A stretch of 64,000 bases of DNA from the human T2T-CHM13v2.0 reference genome, Homo sapiens. Positions 1 through 12,559 of this stretch are shown here, piece by piece (position 1 is the stretch's first letter; each line of letters starts with the position of its first letter). The position numbers and the translations under genes are program-made. The notes beneath the pieces are model-generated. The model was given only the letters and a program-made list of their open reading frames with translations. It made no database searches and had not been told where the DNA came from. Location of the stretch: NCBI RefSeq assembly GCF_009914755.1, contig NC_060926.1; one strand, 5' to 3'.

Positions 1-97
1 TTCAGGTAATTCTGTGGAGCAGGGCATGTTTATTGTTGATGCATGGTGTGTTAAGGTCCTCTGGAGGGCAGAGGAGTGCAGAATGCAGCAAGCTTGA

Positions 98-446
<349 letters not shown>

Positions 447-1625
447 TCCTGCTTTTTCATAGTGTGTCTCAGACTCCAGGGTGTGTCACCTGGCTGGTGA
501 TCTGGTGGGTTGCAGGAGTCCCCTCTGTGCACCCTCCATCACTGACTGGTCTGCAGCCTCCTCTGCAAGTTTCCAGCATTCTAGAGTGAACTCTCTGATG
601 TCTGCACCACCTGCTCGACCCCTGCTACAGCCTCTTCAGTGAGGTCTGCCCATATCCTCTGAATGAAAGGGGGCCTGCCAGGGAGGCAGCAGCGCTTCCT
701 CATGTCCCCATTTGGGTGGTAGGAAGTGTTCCCTCCACAGAAATATTTAGATGTCTGCATGAAGGGACTCTCTCCTCAAGTTCAAACATTCACTGAAACG
801 GAAATGCGCTGAAGCTGGAATCAATGCACACCTTTTTTTTTGTTAACTTTCTTGGGAAGCTTGTGTGTTAAGCCTGTCGGTGTCTGTTAACACTTCTCTA
901 TTCAGAGACCTCCAGCCACGCTCGTTGCCCAAGTTACCTGTGAGCCCGCGGGTTGAGTGTTCAAGCCTCTTCCTGCCTTGGCTCCAGCCTGTCTTTCCAG
1001 GGCTGATCTCAGCAGCTGCTGACGTGTGCCCTGGGACGCTCTCCCACCATCCATGTGCCAGCTTCCTAATGATTCTTGAAGGCTCATCACAAATGCTGCC
1101 TTTCCTTCCAGCTGTAAAATTGCCAATGTGGGTGACTGTGGAGATGCTCTCCTCTGACACTGGCATTGCACAGATGAGAAGATGGAGCCGCACGGAGCAG
1201 AACTGGGACGGAGTTAAAGCTCCAGGGTCCAGGCCAGGTCCTGCAGGCCCAGGTGCCTGCGTTCTCTCTCGTCTTCCCAGGCACAAATGTTTTCCCCACC
1301 AGGTGCTTCCATAGCAACTTTTTTTTTTTTTTTCAGAACCTGTAGTTGCGTTTAAAACTCTCTAATCCAATTTTACTGATTTATGTAACCATCCTATTTC
1401 CTCTGCTAAATTATAATCTCTGCACAGGTAGGAACTTACTCATTTTTACATTCTCTCAGTGCCTATCATGCTCTTTCTGAATGGATTTTTGTTAAGTGAT
1501 TGAATACAAGATAGAGAAACCTGGTTCAAGAGGGAAGCCTGGAACAGATTATGAATGAAGAAATGGAATTCGAGTGTAAATTCTGTATTCCATCATGATC
1601 CGAGTAAACCAGGTTCTCTCTTTAG

Positions 1626-1772
1626 GTCAGGTCACAGAACAATACACCTTAAGACCCTAAGAAGTCAGATGGGAATATTTGCTTGGGTTTAAGAGTGAGG
1701 ATGGTAGAATGTAGCCTGGTGGCCTGGAATGCAGAGAGAGAATCCTGGGTACCGTGGTTGTGTAGACACCAC
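1626..1772 (+). other. Weak candidate non-coding exon
   Basis: Acceptor ttctctctttag|G (AG 1624-1625) and donor CAC|gtaagt (1773-1778); 147 nt with stops in all three frames. Confidence 0.2.
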
Positions 1773-3164
1773 GTAAGTGAGATCCAGAGTAACAGCTGGC
1801 GAGACTTCCGTGGCCGTGTTGCTGGGGGGCCCGAGGCACTGTGCGATGCACGGGAAGCATAGGACGTGGCCTTTGCCTGCGATGTGAAGGGAGATGCATA
1901 ATGTGGAATGGTTAGAACCAAGCGCCTGAATGTGCCCATCCGAGCGCGTGTCCTGGGAGTCTGGTGAGGAAGCGATTGTGGAAATGGGACTCAGCATAGG
2001 TGGGCTTTGGAGAGCTGGGGAGTGTAGAGAAGGGGGTGCTCTGAGCTGTCCCAGAGCAGGGCAAAGACCCAGGACGGGCAGGGTTTGTTCTGGAGGATGC
2101 TGAGGAGACAGGGCTGTTGGATGAACGCTCAGGAGCAGCAGAGGAGGGGCCTCCATCTCCCTTCCGAGTGCGGGCCTCTCATGAAACACTAGGATGCTTT
2201 CGCCAGTGCCTTGGAGGAACTTGCCAGGTAGGGCCCCAGGGCCAGAGATTCTTGTGGTTCTTCCTGTATAAGAGTTGAAGAAGTGCAACTGCTAAGTGTG
2301 CTGTGAAGTGTGTGAGGAGCCATCCTTTGTGTTCACTGTATTCTCTGTCTCTGAGGAATCCGTTTTCTGAGTAACTTATGTGCCCATGGTCTGTGGTGCC
2401 AGTTGTGCACTCACAAGCATAACACAGGCTGTGTGCTCCAAGGGAGCCTTTGCTTTGGGAAGGGTGTGGGCTTCCAGAGACCTTGGGGCTGGCTCTTTGA
2501 CGGATGGAGAATGTCAGGAAGCACCTGGGTCCTTCTGTGAGTTTTCTGGCGACCTCGATTGCCACACGGCGAATTTTGATAGCGTATGCACTGGAGCTTT
2601 GTAGCCTAGGGCAGTGGCATCCAAAGAGCTTCCAGGAGACTTTCTGAGTTGGCACCTTAGATCTGAACTCTCTTGACTAAAACACTTGCATTTCCTTCTA
2701 ACCACTTGGCAGAAGTAAGTGATTGTAATCCCTGGTGTGGATGGGATGGGGCTGGCTGTATCCTCACAGATCTCACTCACAGATTGCAGGCCCTTCTCTC
2801 TTCTTCTTGTCTCAGTGAAGCACTATCCAAGGCCCTGAAAACTGAGCCAGTCTGGTCATTGGTGGCCGGCAGAGTGGTGGATAGGGCCAGGTGTATTAGG
2901 AAAAAGAAAAAGAAATCTCTTTATTTAATCCATTGTGAGACACTAAGAAACCATCTGTGTTTCAGCTTCTGTCCTCCCCCTTCCCCCCCAGTTGCTCTCT
3001 TTACTTTCTTCTTGTTATCATGTGTAGGGGTGAAAGTGGCCAGATATGAGAGTAAGAGTTCCCATTTATCCAAGGACAGAAGCAGGCAGGAACCTCAGGA
3101 TCTGATGTGGGCAAGCCGCAGGTAAAGGGCAGGTTCAAGGCGCAGAATACAGGTAGATGATTCT

Positions 3165-3385
3165 CTCTGATATCTGCCTGCATCTTCATGTGGCTGTCTT
3201 CTCTGTCTCTGCGCTGGGGGTGCACCTCTTCTCACAAGGACTTCAGTCATGTTGGATTAGGGCCAAGCCTGTTGATCCCATCTTCTCTTGATTGCATCTG
3301 CAAACACCCTAATAAGGTCACATTCATAAGCATCAGGGGTTAGGAGTTCAATATATCCTTTGGGGGAGACATGATTCAACACACA
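3165..3385 (-). mobile_element. MaLR LTR fragment (MLT1B/C-like)
   Basis: aataaggtcacattc...ggggttaggagttcaatatatcctttgggggagacatgattcaac matches the reverse complement of the MLT1 5' end. Confidence 0.8.
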
Positions 3386-3450
3386 CGTGTGTGCACACAC
3401 ACAAACACACACATACACATGCATCAATACACACAACACATATATATGTA
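3378..3450. repeat. Degenerate (CA)n/(TA)n microsatellite
   Basis: Direct inspection. Confidence 0.85.
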
Positions 3451-3519
3451 CCAGTATCAGGCATAGTGTTTGTTTGTGTTTGGATGTGTTAGCATATGTT
3501 TGGCCAGCAACATAGCACT

Positions 3520-3890
3520 TACTAACAAGGACTTAAACAGCTTTCTGTTTCCTTAATAGCAAGGCACTGAAGGTAGGTGCTTGCTTCCAGGTGCTGGTGC
3601 AGCGGCTTGGGATGTTACTGAGAGCCAGGTTCTCTCTTCTTTCACTTTGCCATCCTCAGCATGTTTTCCTTTGCCCCATCATGCAAAAGGGCTGGCCACA
3701 GCTGCGCCACATCTGTGTTGAAGGCAGTGAGAGAGGAGGGGGAGTTGGTGTCAGCTGCATCTGTCCGTTTTTGTCAAGAAGCGACAAGCTTTTCCAAAAG
3801 TTTGGTGGCTGACTCTGTTCAGGGCCCAGTGCCAGAGCTGGGCTGCGTGGCCGGCTCCTGGAGAAAGAGAAGGAGAGAAAATGAGGGTCT
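3520..3890 (-). mobile_element. Old MaLR LTR (MLT1J/K/L-like)
   Basis: acttaaaca...ggtgcagcggct...ctttgccatcctcagcatg...ggccacagctgcgccac pattern typical of old MLT1 LTRs; heavily diverged. Confidence 0.5.
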
Positions 3891-4139
3891 GCCTGGGAGG
3901 TGGTCCTGGAGGACTGGACTGGTAACACATGCGAGAGAACTGCCCCGTGCAGGGGTTGGCCGTGCTAGGCCTTGATAAAACTGCCTTTCCCTCTCTTACC
4001 TGCTCTTCCTGGCAAAGCAGGAGCCCATATGGATTAGGCCCAGAGCCATGTGCATGCGGCTTCAAGGTTGCAGGTGTGGGGCTATGCACACCTGTGTGTT
4101 CCATCAATAGGTTCGGTGTGGGTACAGTGTGGGCTGGGA

Positions 4140-4235
4140 ATCCCAGTCCTGTCCTGGTTGTCTTTGTACCCCTCTAGCACTCGGCACACAGGCTTCTCAT
4201 AGGAGGCGCTCAATAAATATTTGTTGAAATGAATC
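4140..4235 (+). mobile_element. L2 3' end fragment
   Basis: ggcgctcaataaatatttgttgaaatgaat, the L2 terminal motif. Confidence 0.7.
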
Positions 4236-5120
4236 TGCGTCTTTTCCCTTCAAAGACATTTGAGTCCAGAAACAGCCACATTCATTCACTATAATATTCA
4301 TGAATATCTTACTCTTTATTTCTATTGTTGTTGTTGTTTATTTACTTTTGTTCTTTAATCCATCATTTGGCAAAAACTACTTGGTACCAGGGATTCAAAG
4401 ACACATTGAGGACTATATAGTGAAGGTGAGGACTTGCAGAGAGGAAGGGATGGGGCAGAGCGGGGGTGCCCTTTCTGAAACAAGGGAGAGTTTACCGTTC
4501 TGGAGTCCACATGGCAGGGATTCATCTCTTAAACTTGCGGTACTTTGTTGAGTCCAGTTTCACTGTAGTAAAAACAACCAGAACACATAGTAAGCCCTGT
4601 TGGTCCCGTGAGATTGCCTGCTCTTCACGTCTCCTGTTTGTGAAATAGCACAGGATTTTAGGTGCAGGGTTTTTCATATGCCGAATAAATATTTGTGTAG
4701 CCTTCACTCTAGGCCAGGTACTGTGCTGTCAACTGTGAAAGCCTGAGTAAGACTCAGAAGGATGTGTTTGCAGCTCCTCCTGAAAGGAATGCACAATTTC
4801 TGCCTGCTGATTGGCCGAGGGAAGCATTTCTTATCTGTTAATACTTTAATCACTCCTGGGACTCTCTCCCTTTGGCCTGCAGCTCTGCTTCCTTGACAGT
4901 GACCTTGTTTTTTTTCTGTCCCTGGCCATGTGCAGTGGATCCAGCCTTTCCTCGGGAGGACCAGCTTGACTGTGCCAGCCTAGGCGACTGATCAGGGCCT
5001 TGAGCTGTGTCCTGCTGGCCTGGCAGATAAGGGCTGCTTTCTGGAGGCAGGCAGGACTTCTTCCTTGTGTAGCAGAAAAAACAGAATGCAGACAGGTGGA
5101 GGGGAAGCGAGGACCTGAGC

Positions 5121-5400
5121 CAGGCTGTCCTCTGCGGTAGCTACTGGCCCTGCGGGGCCCTGGAGCCCTTAAATTCTGGCCAGTCCCAATTGAGCTGTGC
5201 TGTCAGTGGGTTTTGGGTGTGAAAAACAGAATGTAGAGTACCCAGTCATAATTGTTATATGGATTGTATGTTGAGATGATTATATTTTGGTCATATTGGG
5301 TTAAATAAAATATATTACTGAAACTAATTTCCCATGCTTTTTAATAAAATGTGGCTACCAGAAAATTTAAAATTGTGTATGTGGCTTGCATCAGACTGAA
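5121..5400 (+). mobile_element. MER33 (hAT-Charlie) DNA transposon
   Basis: ctgtcc...ggtagctactggcc start and tattgggttaaataaaatatatta...aatgtggctaccagaaaatttaaaatt...atgtggcttgcat body. Confidence 0.8.
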
Positions 5401-7999
5401 GTGCTGATCTGGAGGGCCTTGGAGAGGTGTGTTTCTTTCCAGGTTACCAGCCTTTTGACCAGCTCTTCTAGAGTGCTTACCTGCCCTGGATTCTGGGATC
5501 CCAGCATGGACAGGGCCCCTCGCCTGCATCTGGGGGCCTGGTTTGTGCCATTTCACTGTCACTAGGCACGTCCTACATGCCTTGAGGTTAGTTATGGATG
5601 GTTCAGACTCTTGTCCCACTTGCCCTGTTTGGGCACGTCCTTCTTTGTAGCCTGTATTATTCAGACTCAACTGTTCAACCAGCTCAACTCTGTTCAGTCT
5701 CAATTCAGATTCCAACATTTTTGGGCCTTTTTAAAAAAATGTGTTAAATGGACGGTTTGGGCTAGATGAATTTAACATTTTTCCTTAAGACGCTCTACTG
5801 TCAAAATCTACCCTGACTTCCATCATCTTTGCATCAAGTTCATTGCCGCAGGCCCCCTTCATTTCTCCTCTGGGTCCACCACCTGCCTGTGTGTTTACCA
5901 TTGGCATTCTCCTGGCCTTCAGCGGTCAGGGCAGATGGCACCGAATGGATCTTGCACATATATTTGATTCCCAGTGAAGACTGGTTGAGAGAAGCCTCTC
6001 CCATACCTGTCTCTTCTCTGCACATCCTACATCTGCACCCCAGACCAAGCCCACATGTCTAGAATACTAGACGTGCCCCCAGGCCACCAGCTTCTAGCCC
6101 ATGTACTGCTGTCCTCCACTGGCCTCCTGCATGCCCTGGCCTCCGTGCTCCTCCCTTCCTTTCTGGCGACTGCGCATTCCTCATTTGAGCCCTTGCCTTC
6201 AGAGTTGCCCCAGATTTTTTTCCGAGTCTTTGAAACCTGTGGCTTTCGCTAGCCTTTTCTCCACGGCTGGCTCCAAGGCCTCCTATCACCTGACACCCTC
6301 TGTGGTCGAGGGCTTCCCCGTGAACTTCCTCCTCACCTGCTTTTTCCTGCATTCCCAGTGTCTCCTGCTGTGGCAGCCTGCCTTCGGTGATGGTCAGAAA
6401 CTGGCCCATCCTCTTCCTGCCACTTCTGGGGGTTCTGCGTGGCCCCTTCAGACCCTGTCAGTTCCCTGAGCAGCTTGGCATTTTGGGGGTGACATGGAAT
6501 GAAGTCAGCATCCATTTGCTCCCTAGACACAGCAGACTTGGTGCCAAGGGCCTTTGAGCTTTGCCAAATGAAATATTTTAAAAAATTGGAAACAAGTATT
6601 AGCTCTAGAGTATTAAAAAAAATAACAGAATTGATGTTAACACATATGACATGTTATGTCAACAAAATTGAACTGTTATTGACTTGATTGAAACGCCATG
6701 CATAGTTACATAGAAATTGTATTTAACCTGATGTGAGGGTACTTTTCAATTTTTGGCATAAGGAGAGATGAGACCTGTGGAAGTCACATGTCCCTGAGTT
6801 AAATACTGCCCTCGCCACCATATTTTATCTCTTCCCAGCTCTCCTTGACAGTGGAGTTGAGACTCAGAGTTTGACATTTATTTGTTGCACTTCCATAGGG
6901 TGAATGTACAGTGAGCTGGGCTCCTGGAGCTAAGCCGTGGGTGTTACTCATTTTGAATTTCCAGCACAGGATGTGGTATGCTGAACTTCACTCTGGAACT
7001 TTTCACTGAACTCAATATATACATATTTTTATTTTAAATAAGGGACATTGGGATCCTGCCTGAAGGTCTGTGTTTTCTTTTTACTGAAACAGCACAATGT
7101 GGTGGTTTTCAAAACCACGCATGTCTGTAAACTGACCTCAAATGGCAAAAACCCTCAGCTGAGGTGCTAATAAAAATAATTATTGTGAAGCTTACGCAAT
7201 CGTAGTTTGGAAGACTTTAAATTATATTTGAATATTACCTGGTATTGACTTATATGTTATCCACACCTACTGTTTATGTAGAAATCAATTTAGTTACGAT
7301 ATAACTACCATTATGTGATAATAAATAGCTTTGGAGATAGGATAAAGTTTTCCTTGTTAAGCATGGAATTGTTATTTAAAAAAACAATTCTAAGAGAAAG
7401 TAGCTAAAAAAGTGCATTTTCGAATATGATGAAGTGGGTCCTGCTGCAGGAAGGAAATAAATATAAATCACGTTGGCTCAGCAGAAAGAATGAATTTCTA
7501 GACCTAAACTGGGTGAAAGGATGGCGTAAGGAAAGATGCATTATTTTTATTTGCAATGGCATGATTACTTTGCACAGTTGCGCTTTGGAGAATCCAGCTC
7601 CAAGAGATGATACTAAATGTGGAGAAAAATAAATGCTTGATGCACAAATGTATTTCTTCATGTTTTTTAAAGAATAATAGCCCCAAATGGAAAACATCTA
7701 AATATAGCTAAGTAAATATCATGCTCTAATTAGATAAGATTTTTGGAGATAGTGGGCATGGGAAATGTTTATATTATTAAGTGAAAACAATGGTGAGGCA
7801 GAATTGTGCAGTTTGATGTACAAACTTGAAAAATGTGCTGAGGAGAGGAATCAGAACTCATAAGGATTGTGACAGTTTTTCTATTTTTTTATTTTTCAAT
7901 TGTGGTTATATTTCATTTTTAGTGAAGTAAATTCACTTAGTTTTGTAAAAAATTAATTGTAAATTCAGTCATCCCCTCAGTCCACACAAATTTTGTTAC

Positions 8000-8122
8000 T
8001 CCATATATATACACACACATGCTCACCACACACACACATCTATGGGTATATATATAATATATATAGATACACACACTTTATCTATCTATATATACATACA
8101 TACGTGTATATATATGTATAAT
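8000..8122. repeat. (TA)/(CA) low-complexity tract
   Basis: Direct inspection; abuts the Alu tail. Confidence 0.85.
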
Positions 8123-8416
8123 TTATTTTTTTGAGACAGGATCTTGCTCTGTCACTCAGGCTGGAGTGCAGTGGTGCAATCTCAGCTCACTACAGCTTTG
8201 ATCTCTGGGGCTCAAGCAATCCTCCCACCTCAGCCTCCTGAATAGCTGGGACCACAGGTGTGTGCCACCACACCCAGCAAATTTTTATATTTTTTTTGTA
8301 GAGGGGGGGATTTGCCATGTTGCCCGGGCTGGTCTTGAATTTTTGAGCTCAAGCAATTCTCTCACCTCGGCCTCCCAAAGTGCTTGGATTACAGGCATGA
8401 GCCACTGCGCCTGGCT
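8123..8416 (-). mobile_element. Alu SINE, AluJ-like
   Basis: Antisense Alu with gggctcaagcaatcctcccacctcagcc and gagctcaagcaat, both J-type diagnostics. Confidence 0.93.
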
Positions 8417-9204
8417 AACTATATATATTTCAACCAATAAATCCACCTTATGTCATAAGTGGACATTTTGCTGCCATGGGATTGAAATGAAACAAGGAAG
8501 AAACCCTCCTATTATTAATAAACTGGACAAAGCCATGCAAGCAACCACATTGCTCCTAAACGGCTGCCCTCCCAGGCTGACCTGATACCATGCACCTGCA
8601 GGTCTGACTGAGTACTGTTCATGTCAGAACTGGGACAGTGTGCCCGGCAGAGTCCAGAAGCATCTCCTAGTGCAGCGGTCGTGGTCAGTGCTTGAGCAGA
8701 GAAGGCAAGACTGTGGGGACAGAGACAGGATCCTGCTCAAGACTTCAGGCCCCACTGGATTTGTGAAAAGACCTGTGACTTCTCTGTAAATGTTCCTGTT
8801 TTATTCATCTCTAAAGTGAGAATTGTACCAGGGTTACTTCTTTTGTGGGAATCCTCTGAGGATTAAAGAAATCATGCCTATGAAACTTCAAAGGAAAACC
8901 TTGAAGGCCTGTCCAAAATGCAGATTAACAAATTACCATTGGAATTACCCAGGTCAGAAGCTGGGTTTTGGGAATGGGGAGGGACAGGCCTGCTGACAGC
9001 ATTCAGAGTCCACTGTGGAGAACTTCATTGGCTCATAAAAGACTGCCCTCTGGTCCACAAAAATGGAAGTATTTGACCCATGTCATTTTTTTCCTAGTTT
9101 TCAGTTAAAGATAGCCTAGATGAAATAATGCCATATTTCCATTTTTTCTCTAATTTTCTGTTTTGGTGGTGGTTTTGTTTTAAATTTATGGTGAAAATGC
9201 CAGT

Positions 9205-9940
9205 GGCTCTTGTGTTATCTAGAGGTGTGCTGTTTAATCTCCAGATATTTGGAGATTTTCCATCTATCTTTCTCTTACTGATTTTTAGTTTAATTCCATT
9301 GTGATGTGAGGCCATACTTTGTATGATTTTTGTTTTTTTCTTGTTTGTTTTTACATTTAAGTTGTGTTTTGTGGCCTGGACTCTTCCCTTTGAACTAAAG
9401 GAATGTGTATTCTGCTATTGTTGGATGGAGTATTCTTTATCAAGTAGATCGAGTTGATTGTTAGTGCTATTCAGTTCAACTATGTTCTTATTGATTTTCT
9501 GCCTGCTGAATTTTTCCATTCCTGATAAAGGGGTGTTAAAGTCTACAGCTATTAGTAGTGGATTTGTCTGTTTCTCCCTGCAGTTCTGTCAGTTTTGCCA
9601 TATGTATTTTGATGCTCTGTTGTAGGGTATTACATGTTTAGCATTGTTATGTCTTGGAAAATTGATCTCTTTATTATTTTGTGATGACCCTCTTTGTTGT
9701 GATGATTTTTTTCTTGCTTTGAACTCTGCTTTATTCGAAATTAACATAGCTAGTCCAGCTTTCTTTTGATTAGTGTTAGCATGGTATATCTTTTTCCATC
9801 CCTTTATTTTTAACATGAATCTTCCTATTTGAAGTAGGTTTCCTGTGGACAATGCAACATGTAGTTGACACTTGCTATTTTACCCTCCCTGAATATCTGT
9901 ACCTTTTAACTGGTATATTTAGACCATTCACAATTACACA
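9205..9940 (-). mobile_element. Old L1M fragment, ORF2 endonuclease region
   Basis: Minus-strand translations LKIKGWKKIYHANTNQKKAGLAMLISNK and HNGIKLKISKRK..KSPNIWRLNST match the L1 ORF2p endonuclease domain; frame-disrupted. Confidence 0.9.
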
Positions 9941-11249
9941 CACTTTAAAAATAGAAAATACTGTGTATTGCTATTTGGAGATTTTTTTTTCCTTAGTATA
10001 TTAAGTTACCTTATTCCTTTACAAAATTACATAGCCAAAGGAATTGCTTTCTAAGTTCTTTAAAATTGGTGTGTGTTTTATCTCACCATTCTAAATAAAC
10101 TATTTTTTTCCTGTAGTAATGCCTCTACTATAACAAGCTTCTCATTTTGTGCCTAATTTGGTATCCGGTCAGATAAATCAATTGGTTCTTTGTGAGCAGT
10201 TTAAGCCTAAGACTCAGCTTCATTTTTATGAGTGATACCTTAGAATCAGGAATGACGGCAGAATTAGCCAAATGCCTTTTATCACAATAAGAGAATTTTA
10301 AACAATACTCAATCAATTGATAACCAATGAACCAACAAGTTTGTTCCATAGCTATAATTTGACAAATATCTCCACTGCTGAAGAGTGTATTTTGTTTTCC
10401 CCCAGAGAAGACAAGTGCAAAATAACTCACTGCAGGGCAACTCTAAAGGGATCCCTGTGTTTCCCAGTGTACAGACTATTAGTATACGATGCATGCAAAC
10501 AGAGAGGTGCTTTATTGAAGCGGGACAAGACCTCTATTCATAGTAAAGTCAAACAAACCACGCATGTGAAAACCTCCACTTATAGCGGCTGCATAAGCTT
10601 AACTGCGCAGAGCTATACTGCTTTTTGAAATACTAACTTGCAAGTTCAGCAACAGCTAAGAAAACAATCCTAGACTTGGAAATTGAAAGATTGGAAGAGA
10701 AGTGGAGGGATTCCTTTGGAACCCTTTACGTACGTATGTGTAAGGAATTGTAGGTAAGTGGGAGGGTCTCTCTTGAGCAGTATTTTGCTGTGATCACTAG
10801 TGGGCACAGAGTCTAAAATGTTCCTTCATTATGGAGAAGAGGGAGAAAGGCTATGGAGAAGGAAGAGCCTCTACTAACTTGGATTTCTATGTGGATTTCA
10901 GAGCAGAGCCTACTCTAAGGATTTGCTTCAGGGAGGCTGCAATGCAAAGAAATGCTGTCTTTTTGTGGGATTTTAATTTAGAGCTTGCAATATGTTATAC
11001 TTATGAGATACAATCCTTGGTGAGGCAAAATAAAAATAATTGTTTTCTCTCAGTGTATAGTATCTCATGGGTACTGTATCAAAAGTCTTTAGCCTCTAAA
11101 AATTTAAAGTTATAAATGCAGAGAATAAAAAACAACTTTGAAAGGAAAAAAAATGGAGAATAAAATTCCCTTTATTCTAAAGCAATTGCCCACAGGTTTT
11201 TTTTTTTAATTTTAATTCTTCTAGAAAAATTGTGAGTATATAAATTGTG

Positions 11250-11468
11250 TGTTCACAGATGGGATCATAGTGTATACATATTTTTGTAGTGTGACTTTTT
11301 CTTTGCTGATATATCTTAGATATCTTTTCATGCCAAGACATGAAATATTAACTAAGGTTCAGCTTATTCTTCAGTCATATAGCTGTATTATTTATTCAGC
11401 TTTTCTTCTATTGATGGGTTTGTAAGTAATTTTCAGTTTTTGCTGTTGTGAAGATTGCTTCCAGGGTT

Positions 11469-11499
<31 letters not shown>

Positions 11500-12260
11500 A
11501 ACATACGCATGAAATTTTTTTTCACCAATGTATCTCTTGAGTAAATACTTAGGGCAGCACATGTGGGTCAGAGTTATGTGTGTTTTATGTTTTGATCTGT
11601 TTCCAAGTCATTTTCCAAAATGACATCTACCGTTGTTCTGCTAAGAAATGGATGAAAGTTCCTCTTTCTCCACATTCAACAGTATTGGGTTTTTATTCAA
11701 CAGTATCGAGGTTTTTCATCATTGCTGATCTGACAAGTGAAATATGGTATCTTTTTACTTCATGTCTTTAATTAGGAATAAGTTTCAGCATCTTTTCAAA
11801 TGTTTATCAGCCACTAGTATTTCTCTTTCTGTGAACCTGTTCACATTCTTTACCTGCTTTTCTATTGCAGTGTTTTCTATTGATATTTTTCTTTATAAAT
11901 TAGTAGTATTAATTCTTCATTACATGTAATGAGAATAATTATTCCCAGTTTCGTTACTTACTTTTTACTTGTCTTATGTTATTTTTTCCAAATAGAAATA
12001 TTATTTTTATGTAGTTAGAACTTTACCACTTCCTTATTTCTGAGGTTTGCTTTAAAGGCCTTTCTCCCTGCTGGGTTATACATATTTCAGTTATTTTTTT
12101 CCTCTGGTAAAATTGTAGTTTTACTTTTAGCATTGTTAGGAAACTAGCCTAATCTTTTTTTCCCAGCCTATTTTTTCCCCACCTATAGCTATTTGTCTGA
12201 AAACTGTTTAGTGAATAACCCATCTTTCTTCTATTGTTCTGAGACACTACTTAGAAGTAT
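11250..12260 (-). mobile_element. Ancient L1ME-type 3' fragments
   Basis: gggatcatag..., tattgatggg...tttcagtttttgctg, ctgatctgacaagtgaaatatggtatc: T-rich antisense L1M 3' sequence. Confidence 0.6.
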
Positions 12261-12299
12261 TTAAAGATATCTACATAGAAGACTCTGTGGAGTCCTAGA

Positions 12300-12400
12300 T
12301 AAGAGCAGGAGCTCTGCAGCTGGACGTGGGTTGCCACTGACCAGCTATCTGACCTGGGCAAGGATTTTAACCTGTTTCTTCTTCTGTAAGACGCAGCTAT
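12300..12400 (+). mobile_element. MIR fragment
   Basis: gccactgaccagctatctgacctgggcaaggattttaacct, the MIR core. Confidence 0.65.
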
Positions 12401-12559
12401 TTTGCAGTAGCTGTGCTTTTGCCAATATTGTGCATATCACCGCCAAGTTCAGTGACTGTCACATGGTCATCACTCAAAAAAAAGAAAAAAACCACATGGT
12501 CAAGGTGGAGTGGATGCTGTCTGTGCTTGTCATTGCCACTTCCAGGCCATTGCACCTTC

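Noticed and set aside
1512-1621. Imperfect inverted repeat agagaaacctggtt / aaccaggttctctct as MITE TIRs
   Set aside because: Only about 9 bp perfect, no TSD, compatible with chance.
843-3125. Overlapping 147-199 aa ORFs on both strands
   Set aside because: Low-information S/P/G/L-rich translations typical of GC-richer non-coding DNA, mostly non-ATG starts, no domain recognised.
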